The notes under the pieces are model-generated. The model saw only the letters and a list, made by a program, of their open reading frames with translations, made no database searches and had not been told where the DNA came from. Positions 1 through 9,291 of a DNA stretch of 64,000 nucleotides are shown here, piece by piece (within the stretch, counting starts at the first letter, position 1; each line of letters starts with the position of its first letter). The position numbers and the translations under genes were made by a program. The stretch is from positions 1 through 64,000 of the forward strand of contig CAVUWV010000026.1 of the NCBI GenBank assembly GCA_963745075.1, read 5' to 3'. The stretch comes from Candidatus Hydrogenedentota bacterium. GTDB taxonomy: Bacteria > Hydrogenedentota > Hydrogenedentia > Hydrogenedentales > SLHB01.

Positions 1-1
1 G

Positions 2-644
2 TATCGCTCATTCGGCGTCACCGGATGGGGCGCGCACAGCTACGACCAGATCAACCGGGGTCTGGGCACCGACGAGACCGGCCCGGTCGAAGTAATCTTG
101 GAAGAAGCCGTGCGCGACATGCCGTCCGGGAAGTTCGAGGAGCGGACACCTTCCGAAGACGAAACGGGCGCCTGGTACTACCCCATGACGAAGGGCGTGA
201 CCGGTCCGCGCGCACGCGTCAACATGAAGTTTGCGAACAGCACCGAGTTGCACCTCAATCTCGACGGCGATTGGGGACCCGGGCTTGGCTGCATCTTCGT
301 CGGCGAGAAGGGAACCATCGAAATCAACCGCGACCAGATTTCGGCCGCGCCGAAAGAATCTGATCGAGTCTCCCGACCGGCCACCGAAACTGGACGTGCT
401 CGAGACGCAGCCGCACATCGAGAACTGGATCGAATGTATCAAGTCTCGCGGCCGGTGTAACGCCGATATCGAGTATGGTCTGCGCAGCACCACCTTGTGT
501 TATCTTGTGAACATCGCGCGCGACGTGGGTCGCGTCGGTGAAACGCTCCACTGGGATCCGAACGCGGAACAGTTCACGAATTGCGATGAAGGAAACGCCC
601 TGCTCACGCGAGCGCGGCGGGCCGGCTACGAACTTCCGACGTAA
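2..644 (+). CDS. Gfo/Idh/MocA family oxidoreductase, C-terminal part (5' truncated by the window; apparent +1 frameshift near 358)
   Basis: Frame 2 reads GVTGWGAHSYDQ...GCIFVGEKGTIEINRD...APKE, then frame 3 continues LIESPDRP...HIENWIECIKSR...NADIEYG...WDPNAEQFTNCDEGNALLTRARRAGYELPT, a typical Gfo/Idh/MocA C-terminus. Confidence 0.8.
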
Positions 645-689
645 GCACGGGGCGGCTGGTGACAGACGCTTGAATTCGAAGTTTGAATA

Positions 690-723
690 AAGATGGATTC
701 CCGCGAAAGCGGGAATCCATCTT
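690..723. repeat. REP-like perfect hairpin, possible terminator
   Basis: AAGATGGATTCCCGC-GAAA-GCGGGAATCCATCTT, 15-bp arms; related copy at 27558-27587. Confidence 0.75.
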
Positions 724-803
724 ACTAAACAAGGTGTCAGCACCTATCGATTGAGCAAACGAAATTCCGGCATGCAGCACTTCATTGCGGGAGCGGATAA
801 ACA

Positions 804-1844
804 TTGGCTCGTACCTGGATATGCTTGATCGTTCTATTCGGTGCGTTGACATCGGCCTCGGGGCAGGAATACACCGACGTTTTCGTATCCGGTCAAGGCG
901 GATACCATACGTACCGAATCCCCGCGCTTGCCGTCACCAGCGATGGTACCTTGCTGGCCTTCTGCGAGGGGCGGAAGACGAGCGCGAGCGATGCGGGCGA
1001 TATCGATCTTCTCCTGAAACGCAGCAACGACAACGGCGCGACGTGGACCGAACAGCAGATCGTGTATGAAGAGGGTGGCGATGCCGAGATCACCATCGGC
1101 AACCCTTGCCCCATTGTCGATACCACGCAGCAAACCGTCCATCTCCTGTTCACCCGCAACAACGAGCGGGTCTTCCACACGATGAGCACGGACGACGGCA
1201 ACACCTGGTCTGCGCCGCGTGAAATCACTGAAGCATTGCATGCTTTCGATTTTCCCTGGACCCGCGTCGGCACCGGACCCGGACACGGCATTCAACTGAA
1301 AAGCGGGCGCCTCATGGTTCCTCTTTGGTTGAATGAACGCATTCGATACAACTACCGATCCGCGGTGCTCTACAGCGGCGACCATGGGGAGACCTGGTAC
1401 GCCGGCGGTCTGGTAGGCCCAGAAGTTCCAGACACGAACGAGTGCATGGCTGCTCAGCTTTCGGATGGGACCGTATACCTCAACATGCGCGCGCGGGATG
1501 TCCATACTCGAACCTTCGCCCGGAGCAACGATGACGGTCTGACATGGTCCACGCCGGTACCGGATCCCAGCCTGCCCGACCCTGTCTGCCAGGCAAGCGT
1601 GCTGGCTGTTAACAACCGCATGCTCTTTACCAATCCTTCGGGACCAGGACGGGCTAATCTCATGTTGCGCGCGTGCGATGATGGCGCAAAAACCTGGCAC
1701 GAGGCACAAGTTCTACATCGCGGTCCCGCAGCCTATTCCGATCTTGCGTTATCCTCGAGTGGGGACATACTGTGTCTTTACGAGTGCGGCGCCCATGGAC
1801 CATATGAGAGAATTCGGCTGGCCCGCACCGAGATGCCCAACTAA
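804..1844 (+). CDS. Sialidase-like BNR/Asp-box protein (GH33-like)
   Basis: Signal peptide, YRIP motif, Asp-boxes (SNDNGATW, STDDGNTW, SGDHGETW, SNDDGLTW), C-terminal AYSDL...LYE. Confidence 0.88.
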   Translation: MARTWICLIVLFGALTSASGQEYTDVFVSGQGGYHTYRIPALAVTSDGTLLAFCEGRKTSASDAGDIDLLLKRSNDNGATWTEQQIVYEEGGDAEITIGNPCPIVDTTQQTVHLLFTRNNERVFHTMSTDDGNTWSAPREITEALHAFDFPWTRVGTGPGHGIQLKSGRLMVPLWLNERIRYNYRSAVLYSGDHGETWYAGGLVGPEVPDTNECMAAQLSDGTVYLNMRARDVHTRTFARSNDDGLTWSTPVPDPSLPDPVCQASVLAVNNRMLFTNPSGPGRANLMLRACDDGAKTWHEAQVLHRGPAAYSDLALSSSGDILCLYECGAHGPYERIRLARTEMPN

Positions 1845-1886
1845 AGTGAGTGTTATCAAACCGGAGTCACTCCGGAGGAGGAAATC

Positions 1887-2585
1887 GTGAAACCCAGTCT
1901 TGTCCTATGTCTTGCCGCGGCACAAATCGTGGCGGTATTCGGTGCTTTGGCCGAGACCGAAGAAGGCTTCGTCTCCATGTTCAACGGCAAAGACCTCACC
2001 GGTTGGGAAGGGAAACCCGGCGGTTGGTGGGTGGAGGACGGCTGCATCACGTCGGAAAGCACGCCCGAAAAGCCTTGTCTGAAAGCTCACTACCTCTACT
2101 GGAAGACCGACGAACCCGGCGACTTCATTTTGCGGTTCAAGTTCAAACTCGTCGGAGGTAATTCGGGTGCTCAGTTTCGCAGCGAACCGCGGCCCGATTT
2201 CGACACGTGGGGGTATCAGGCTGACATGGATGCCGAAGGACAGTGGACGGGATGCCTGTTCCAACACGATCGCGGCGGCGTGGTCATGCGTGGGTACAAG
2301 GCCAAAATCGCCCCGGACGGCACGCGAACGGAAGAACAGTTTGCCGACCCTGCAGAACTGATCAAGAAAGTCAAAATGGAGGACTGGAACGAATATGAAG
2401 TCGTGGCCGAAGGCAGCCATATCAAGTTGAGCATCAACGGCCAACTCATGTGCGAGGTCGACGACAAAGACGCCACGTATTCGCGCGCGAAGGGGCTGAT
2501 TGCGTTACAAATGCATCCCGGACCACCGATGAAGGTGCAGTTCAAAGACCTTCGGATCAAGATTCTCGACCGGAAGGACCGTTGA
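1887..2585 (+). CDS. DUF1080 / 3-keto-glycoside hydrolase family protein
   Basis: FNGKDLTGW, GGNSGAQFR, GYQAD, WNEYEV, IALQMH...VQFKDLRIK; GGAGG RBS before GTG. Confidence 0.88.
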   Translation: MKPSLVLCLAAAQIVAVFGALAETEEGFVSMFNGKDLTGWEGKPGGWWVEDGCITSESTPEKPCLKAHYLYWKTDEPGDFILRFKFKLVGGNSGAQFRSEPRPDFDTWGYQADMDAEGQWTGCLFQHDRGGVVMRGYKAKIAPDGTRTEEQFADPAELIKKVKMEDWNEYEVVAEGSHIKLSINGQLMCEVDDKDATYSRAKGLIALQMHPGPPMKVQFKDLRIKILDRKDR

Positions 2586-2591
2586 CAACGG

Positions 2592-4009
2592 TCAAGGCGT
2601 TTGCGGATGCGCCGCGATATATTCTTCCCAGGATTTTCGCCAAGGTACCGGCGAGAAACGCCGCGCGAAAACGTGCCGTTGTGGGTCCGAGATGATATAC
2701 GTCGCGCAACAGTCGTTCGCGCGTCGCCCAGAAGGCGTCAACGGCGGCCAAACGCGCGTCGGTCCATTCGTCTTCTGCGACGATCGCGGAGTTTAACTTC
2801 ATCAGTTCCAATTTCAAACTGCCATTGTTCCCGCCGCCAATTCTGAGGAATCGGTCGCACGCTCCAACGCTCTTGAAGTCGACAGCGGCGGCGTGTAGTG
2901 TCGACCGCATAAGGCCGGCCCCATTGATAGAGCCACGCCGCCCACGATTCGGGCATACCCGCCCGGGCATCCAGATACGTGGCCGCGTAGGTGCGCAGTA
3001 CGGCATCGGCGTCGGCAAATTGGTGTGTCGACAACCCCGCCAGGATGGCCTTATTCACATCGTCGAAGATGCCTTCGGAGTAGGCCATCCAGCCCGTACA
3101 CCCCTGTTTCTCGAATGCGGCCACCGTGCGTGCTAACCGTTCGGGTGCAATGACCGGACCCAGGTGACCGTAGATGTCTTTCGGACTTGCCTCGTCGGCA
3201 TACCCGATGTGGACGAAGGCTTGCCGCGCACAGCCGTCCGGCAGCGGCACGTCAGCCACGGTGTCTTTACCGTAGGGAATGTGCAAGGCCATGCTCTTCG
3301 CCCAGCCCGGGGCCTCGGCATTCACCCAGTCCGCAAAGAGTTGGTGTTCCTCGGGCGTCCACCACCAGCCGATAAAGCGCATCTCGACGCCGGGGTGGTA
3401 TTCCTCCGCAATCGCGTGAATCTCCTTGCAAAGTTTCGCAAAGGTAAGAATCCAGGGGTTGCAGGCATCGCACGCGCACCCACCGTAGTCGTACGGGCAC
3501 GCCGAGATCGCCCGCAGATGGACACCGGCCTTGGCCAGATCATCGAACCAGTTCCGGTAATTCTTGAGTATCGCCGATCGACCACCGTCCGTGGACGGAC
3601 ACACCAACTGGCCGAAGATTCGGTCCTTCTTTGTCGCCGCGATGTCCGGCAGAACTTGATCCAGGAAGACATGATTCGGCGTGATGACCAGTACACACGG
3701 CAAACCGAGGGACTGTGCAATCAAGAAGTTGCGTTTCTTCGCATCCCACAACGCGTGCCCCATGTTGTAGTGCGCATCGTTGAACGGGTCCGCGCAGTCG
3801 ATCGTGTCAAACCAATCCGCGTATTCGTTGAATCCCCAGTTGCGGGCTTCCGTCAAAAGCGCCCGGCATTCGTGTGCGCCCATGCACTCGTAGCTGTTCC
3901 CGAAATGTCCGGGCGCGTAGAGCGTGCGCGTGGCCAGCGGCGCGTCAAGTTGATCCGCTTGAGCGAGAGCAGTCATAAGAGCCAACAAAGTCAACATAAA
4001 TCGCCACAT
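2592..4009 (-). CDS. Secreted hypothetical protein, possibly a glycoside-hydrolase-like barrel; 3' end broken by several +1 indels (about 2680-2900)
   Basis: Signal peptide and AAGGAGG RBS; coding-like C-terminus continues across frames to ...PVPWRKSWEEYIAAHPQTP* with stop at 2592. Confidence 0.65.
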
Positions 4010-4066
4010 GAGTTACTCGACCTCCTTCGTGCTACGTCTAACAAAAAGACCGTGTCTCTTCCGACC

Positions 4067-4136
4067 GTTGTGGCGCGGGCATCCCTGCCTGCCGACGCCA
4101 TCGGTCCGAAAGCAGCCAGGATGGCCGCACCACAAC
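4067..4136. repeat. REP-like imperfect inverted repeat
   Basis: GTTGTGGCGCGGGCATCCCTGCCTGC ... GCAGCCAGGATGGCCGCACCACAAC downstream of dinB. Confidence 0.65.
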
Positions 4137-4197
4137 TTGACCCCATGGTTTTTGTTCGAAGTTCTTAACGTTATGGGCAGTCATTTCCGGGCATCGC

Positions 4198-5403
4198 CTA
4201 TTTACGAGGTGGATCTTTGGTTTCGGATTCCCGAGGGTCTCTCCTCACCGACTTGGCCGTCCGAATGAGTTCGAACCCATGACGGCCGCGGACCTTGTCC
4301 ACGCTTTCGAGGACCTTTTCCCACTTCTCACTGTTCAGCGCCCCGAACAGGCGAAGTTGGTGTTGGTTCTGCATCAGCGAAGTGAGCGCCACGCCAATGA
4401 GCCGGATTTTGTCGCGCCGTTCACGGGCTTTTGGGATCAGATCATGCAGGACTTTGATGATTTCTCTGTCGAGGGAGGTGGGTTCGGGCAGCGAGTGGGA
4501 GAAGGTCTTGGTGATGAAGCCGGTATAGCGGACTTTCAGTGTGACGCACTTCGTCTCCATGCCGTGTTCGCGCAAGGTATATGCCGTGCGCTCCGCGAGG
4601 TAAACAAGCACCCGTTCGACTTTGTCCCAGTCGCCCGAATCCTGGTCGAACGTGGTCTCGCGACTGATCGACTTCGGAATCGCGTCTACCTCGACGGGCG
4701 ACGTGGACTCGCCGCGCGCCGCGCGTTGCAGACCGTGGGCCGAGGGGCCGAAAACGCGCGTCAGTGTGTCGATCGGCAAACCAGCCAAATCGCCGATGGT
4801 TCGCACGCCGTACCGTTCGAGGATTTCGCGCGTGCGCGGTCCGGCGCCCGGCAGTCTTTCAAGCGGTAGCGGACGCAGGTAGTCCGCCTCGGCCCCCGCG
4901 GGAATGGCGATGTACCCGTCCGGTTTAACCCGATCGGTCGCGATCTTCGAGACCAGTTTGTTCGGGGAGATGGCAATCGTACACGGCAGGCTCGTGTCCT
5001 CGCGAATGCGGCGCTTGATAAACGCGGCGATGGCGTCGTCTCCGCCGAAGAGTCGTTGCGAGCCGGAAACATCGACGTAGGCCTCATCAATGGACGCGGG
5101 CTCCACCAGCGGCGAAACCGACTCGAGGATGGAGCGCACTTTCAACGAGGCTTCCCGGTATTGCGCGTGATTGCCGCGCATGAAGATCCCATGCGGGCAA
5201 AGACGCTTCGCCTGTGACAGAGGCATCGCGGAGTGAACGCCGAATTTCCGCGCTTCGTAAGATGCCGTACTGACCACGCCACGCAGGTCCGTTTTCGCTC
5301 CGCCGATGATTAGTGCTTTGCCACGCAAGTCCGGGTTTAGCACTTGTTCAACGGACGCGAAGAAGGCGTCCATGTCAATATGTAGAATGCGACGTTCCAT
5401 CAT
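4198..5403 (-). CDS. dinB: DNA polymerase IV (Y family)
   Basis: ILHIDMDAFFASVEQ, STASYEARKFGVHSAMP, SIDEAYVD, KSISRETTF, IRLIGV. Confidence 0.97.
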   Translation of the reverse strand: MMERRILHIDMDAFFASVEQVLNPDLRGKALIIGGAKTDLRGVVSTASYEARKFGVHSAMPLSQAKRLCPHGIFMRGNHAQYREASLKVRSILESVSPLVEPASIDEAYVDVSGSQRLFGGDDAIAAFIKRRIREDTSLPCTIAISPNKLVSKIATDRVKPDGYIAIPAGAEADYLRPLPLERLPGAGPRTREILERYGVRTIGDLAGLPIDTLTRVFGPSAHGLQRAARGESTSPVEVDAIPKSISRETTFDQDSGDWDKVERVLVYLAERTAYTLREHGMETKCVTLKVRYTGFITKTFSHSLPEPTSLDREIIKVLHDLIPKARERRDKIRLIGVALTSLMQNQHQLRLFGALNSEKWEKVLESVDKVRGRHGFELIRTAKSVRRDPRESETKDPPRK

Positions 5404-5444
5404 TCGATCTGGCGCGAGCGCCGGTTTCGCAAGAGAAGCGCCTC

Positions 5445-8400
5445 TTACTGCACATGGACATTCGCCTCGCTCGTGTGCGCACTCAGCAGGTCCGCCACGC
5501 GAACGATCCAGTCGCCAGGGGGATCGTTCAGTGCAAACGCGATTGGTACCGACACGGGATTTTCACCGACGACAACCGTCTTGGCGAACCAGGCCGCCGG
5601 ATCACCGTCCGGATCAATGAGGTTGACCTGAACCGGATCACCGTACCTTGCCTCGGGAAGTTGCACCGATAGCATCAGTTCGCCTCCCCGTTGAACCGGG
5701 TTGCGCGAGACGGACACTACGGGAAGGGGAATCGGATCCGAATGCAGCGCAAAAAAGGACGCGCGATTGGCCCGAAGACGAGTCGCAAAACTGCTCATCG
5801 CGCCGAGACCCTTGTGTTGTTTCAAGTCGTATATGTTTTGCACGGCAGGCAGTTGTACTACCACTTCGCCGTCATACGTGCCGAACAAGGCCAACAATGC
5901 CGAGTCCCCGTTGGCCCAGCGCGTGATTTCAATGTCGCGGAGCGGCTGGCCATCGGGCATGGCGACCTTCACGACCGGGTCTACTCCGCAGGCCGCCAAC
6001 AGGTCTCCGAGAAACCGCCCGGCAGGCGCATTGTTGAGGGAGAAGTTGAGCAGGATTGCCTGGCCTTTGCCGTACTGGTTGAGAATGCACAAGGGCGATT
6101 CCAAGCCGGTCCAATAGTGAATGTGGTAGGCGTCGCCCCGCTTCTCGCCGGTGGTCAATTCGACGTTCGGGTCTACGACCATCCGGGGGTAGATCTCTTT
6201 GCCGTGCCAGTTTCCCCAATCCATGCGCACGCTTTGACCGTTGATTTCGCCGTCGACGCGCAGCCGGTCCACCTTCTCCGCTTCGCGGTTGCCGGTCCGG
6301 CGAATGCCGAACACGTCGTCTAACAGTCCCTGTTCGAGCGGCTTGCAGTGGCCGTCGTAGATGGCGGGGCGCACATCGGCAATGACCGTCCCGCCGCCTT
6401 CCACAAATGCGCGAATAACATTGGCTTCTTCCGGGCTCATGGCGAAGGACAATGGCAGAATCAAGACTTTGTATTTCGACGCGTCAAACTCGCCGCGTCG
6501 AAGCATTCGATCCGTCACGTAGCGAAACTGAAGTCCCGCGCCGTGAATAAGCTTATGCCATTGGCCGTGATCCCGCTTCTCCAGACCGTAGGTATCGTTG
6601 CCGTCGAAGTGGGCGATATAGGTGGACGGCAACGAATAGAGCATTGCGATTCCGTCGTCCTGCATTTGGCAGTGCATCAGGAGCGTGCCGAGCCCCTCGC
6701 GCACGACGGCGGTGTCTTCCAGCAGTTCACGCACCGCCGGATACGGTGATAACGTCGGCATGAGATAGCCGTTGTACCCGTCGAGATTGTCCCAGCGCCA
6801 CCACTGGACGGCGTTCATGTTGTCCGTGACCTGGCTCCAGTACTTGTGAATCAGCACGTCCAGTTCCGGGTCGTATCCGATCCAGTTGCCCTTTGGAAAC
6901 TCGGGCGAAGCAATGGAACGCACCACTTCGTTCGCCGGCCCTTCGTACGGACCGAAGTAGTCCATCTCGCGCACGAAGGCATCGAGATCCCCGCCCTGAC
7001 GGGAGCGGGTGGTCAGTTTGCGAATCGTGAAACTGTCGGTGCCCTCGAACCCCGTCCACGCTATGGGATCGATTTCGCGGAAAGCCTGTTGGAACCGTTT
7101 GCACCAGATGAGATAGTTCCGGTTTTGAAATTCCTGCCGGTCGTACCAGCGCGCGAAATTGCCGGCCTGCAACGCGCGCAACTCGTCGTTGATCGCGCCC
7201 ATTGCCACCTGGCGCTCTAAAGCCTCGCCCTCCGCGCCTTCGTTGTCCGTATGGTGAAGCAGGTTCCAGTCGGCGAAGTACTGCTTGAACCACTGCGGGG
7301 CGTCTGCGGCAGGTAATTCGCCTTCAGCGAGCAACTCGATTTCGCCGAAGGTCCCGTATCCACTCTCCCACTCCTCATTCAGGGCACCGATAGTGCCGTA
7401 CAAATCCTTCAAATACTGCCGGTACGCGTCTAGACAATAAGGGCTGAGACAGGACGCGCGCACCGCGTTCTCGTCCCCAAGGGAATAGGCAAACACGCCC
7501 AACTGCCGCGCCTCCTGCATCCGGTCGGCGGTATCGTGGACCTGTTGCCACATCTTCTCGTCATCATGAACGCATCCGGTCTTGAGCACGCCGGTCTCGG
7601 GGTCAAGCATGGCGGTGGTGGTATGACTGCTCGCACGAAAACTGCTCGCGTAGGGGACAAACGACAACCCGTATTGCGCCATGAACAACGGGGGCTTGCC
7701 GCCCTGCAAGACGGCCGTCACGCCGTTCTTCGCCAGGCTCTCGGCCATGTATGGCGTCAGATCGCCAGTGGCGAGATTCCACATCACGAAGTTGAACTGG
7801 TCGCGATTCCGATTCGTCACCTTCAGATACTGGTACGCGGAGGCAACCTCATCTTCGCCGTCGCGAATTGCCGCTTCAACGCGCATCAGCGGGGGCATCC
7901 AGGGCCTGACCTGAATCGAGAAGCGCGCGCCATTATCCGGCGATACGTCTTCTTGCTGAAGGACTCGATCCTCTGAATCGACAAGTCGTAGGATAACCGA
8001 ATCCGTATCGCCGAGCGCATCCTCGGTCACGACGTGCCCCTGGATGGTTTCGCCCACTTCCGCCCAGTCTTTGACCAGTTCCACCGATGTAACCCGACGC
8101 TCATCAGTGACGACGAGCGGCGCACTGGCCCAATTGGCAACGCCGTTCGACACATTCGCAATCACATCTACGTGATACTCCCCGGAGCGGACCAACGGTA
8201 GCGTGAGGTTTGCGGACGCCGGAAAATCAAAATGACCCAGTTCCGCGGTTTGACCGTCCCATCGACGAAGTAGCGCACGCGCCTCACCGGAGACACCGTC
8301 AGCCTCGACACGCACTTGGACCGGATTATCCCCCAGGCGATCGCGGTCGATTTCGGATGAGTTGAGGGCGATTGTAATCCCGACCGCAGGTTCATGCTTT

Positions 8401-9125
8401 GCCGCCCAAAGGAGTACCCTCCCCTGGTCGGCCATTTGATAATCAAATTCCGTTTCCCAGCCCAGGTGGTACTCCAACTCCTCGCGAGGCGGCAAGAACG
8501 CTACACGGCCCGCGCCCAGCGTGAAATAACGGCCCGCCGGCAATTCAGACGGTGGATTCTCCAGCGGCTGAACCTCCGGGAAATGCTTCTTTTGCTTCTT
8601 GCCTACCAGCACGAGTCCGGTTCCTTGCCGGACTTTCTCCGCAATCGCGTCGCGCACGGTTTCGGGCAGACCGTCTACCTCGAATTGATTGAAGAAGAGC
8701 ACGTCGACGGGACCACTCAGCAGACGCAGAACACGCTTCGTTCCCGCTTCCGGGTCGCCGCCGTACCAGTCCGGCCGGCCATCGCCGAGCAACCGCGACC
8801 CCTTCAGGTAGTAGACGGCGTCCGCGTCCAAGTCGAAGCGTTCCATCAACTCGACAATTTCGCGGCCATCGGTGCTCCCCTGAGCCCACGACACAAAAAA
8901 CAGCGCGCGGGTGGTGCCTTGCGCATAGGGCTTCGCCCATTCCGTATGGGGGGTGACGAAATCGAGCGACAGTTCGTGCTGGAGTTCGAGATAATCGCGG
9001 GGCGGCGGGGCCTCTTCGTTCTCCTGGGCCAACGCCGCAAGCGCTAAGGCAAATAGCGCGATAACGACAATTTGCCCGGCCCGGATGACGCGAAGAATCG
9101 ATGGCAGATACCCATTGGCAAGCAT
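5445..9125 (-). CDS. Large secreted glycoside-hydrolase-like protein with GH42-type beta-galactosidase trimerisation domain
   Basis: AAAAGGAG RBS before ATG 9125, signal peptide; YSLGDE, YGTIGALNEEWES, YKVLILP...FVEGGGTVIAD; C-terminal ALNDPPGDW Ig-like tail. Confidence 0.72.
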   Translation of the reverse strand: MLANGYLPSILRVIRAGQIVVIALFALALAALAQENEEAPPPRDYLELQHELSLDFVTPHTEWAKPYAQGTTRALFFVSWAQGSTDGREIVELMERFDLDADAVYYLKGSRLLGDGRPDWYGGDPEAGTKRVLRLLSGPVDVLFFNQFEVDGLPETVRDAIAEKVRQGTGLVLVGKKQKKHFPEVQPLENPPSELPAGRYFTLGAGRVAFLPPREELEYHLGWETEFDYQMADQGRVLLWAAKHEPAVGITIALNSSEIDRDRLGDNPVQVRVEADGVSGEARALLRRWDGQTAELGHFDFPASANLTLPLVRSGEYHVDVIANVSNGVANWASAPLVVTDERRVTSVELVKDWAEVGETIQGHVVTEDALGDTDSVILRLVDSEDRVLQQEDVSPDNGARFSIQVRPWMPPLMRVEAAIRDGEDEVASAYQYLKVTNRNRDQFNFVMWNLATGDLTPYMAESLAKNGVTAVLQGGKPPLFMAQYGLSFVPYASSFRASSHTTTAMLDPETGVLKTGCVHDDEKMWQQVHDTADRMQEARQLGVFAYSLGDENAVRASCLSPYCLDAYRQYLKDLYGTIGALNEEWESGYGTFGEIELLAEGELPAADAPQWFKQYFADWNLLHHTDNEGAEGEALERQVAMGAINDELRALQAGNFARWYDRQEFQNRNYLIWCKRFQQAFREIDPIAWTGFEGTDSFTIRKLTTRSRQGGDLDAFVREMDYFGPYEGPANEVVRSIASPEFPKGNWIGYDPELDVLIHKYWSQVTDNMNAVQWWRWDNLDGYNGYLMPTLSPYPAVRELLEDTAVVREGLGTLLMHCQMQDDGIAMLYSLPSTYIAHFDGNDTYGLEKRDHGQWHKLIHGAGLQFRYVTDRMLRRGEFDASKYKVLILPLSFAMSPEEANVIRAFVEGGGTVIADVRPAIYDGHCKPLEQGLLDDVFGIRRTGNREAEKVDRLRVDGEINGQSVRMDWGNWHGKEIYPRMVVDPNVELTTGEKRGDAYHIHYWTGLESPLCILNQYGKGQAILLNFSLNNAPAGRFLGDLLAACGVDPVVKVAMPDGQPLRDIEITRWANGDSALLALFGTYDGEVVVQLPAVQNIYDLKQHKGLGAMSSFATRLRANRASFFALHSDPIPLPVVSVSRNPVQRGGELMLSVQLPEARYGDPVQVNLIDPDGDPAAWFAKTVVVGENPVSVPIAFALNDPPGDWIVRVADLLSAHTSEANVHVQ

Positions 9126-9291
9126 TCGGTCTCCTTTTGGAAAATGGAATTGTGACCGTGGTTCCAGAGCAGTTTGGTCCCCATGATAACGGCCACGCGG
9201 CGGGATTTCGATATCGAGGCTTGCGCGGACGAGCGTAAACGGGTCAAGATGGTGGCTCTGAGCAGTTGTAGCCGGGAAGGAGTCACACCCC

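Noticed and set aside
5404..5444. SOS/LexA box for dinB
   Set aside because: Only a 41-bp gap with no recognisable LexA dyad
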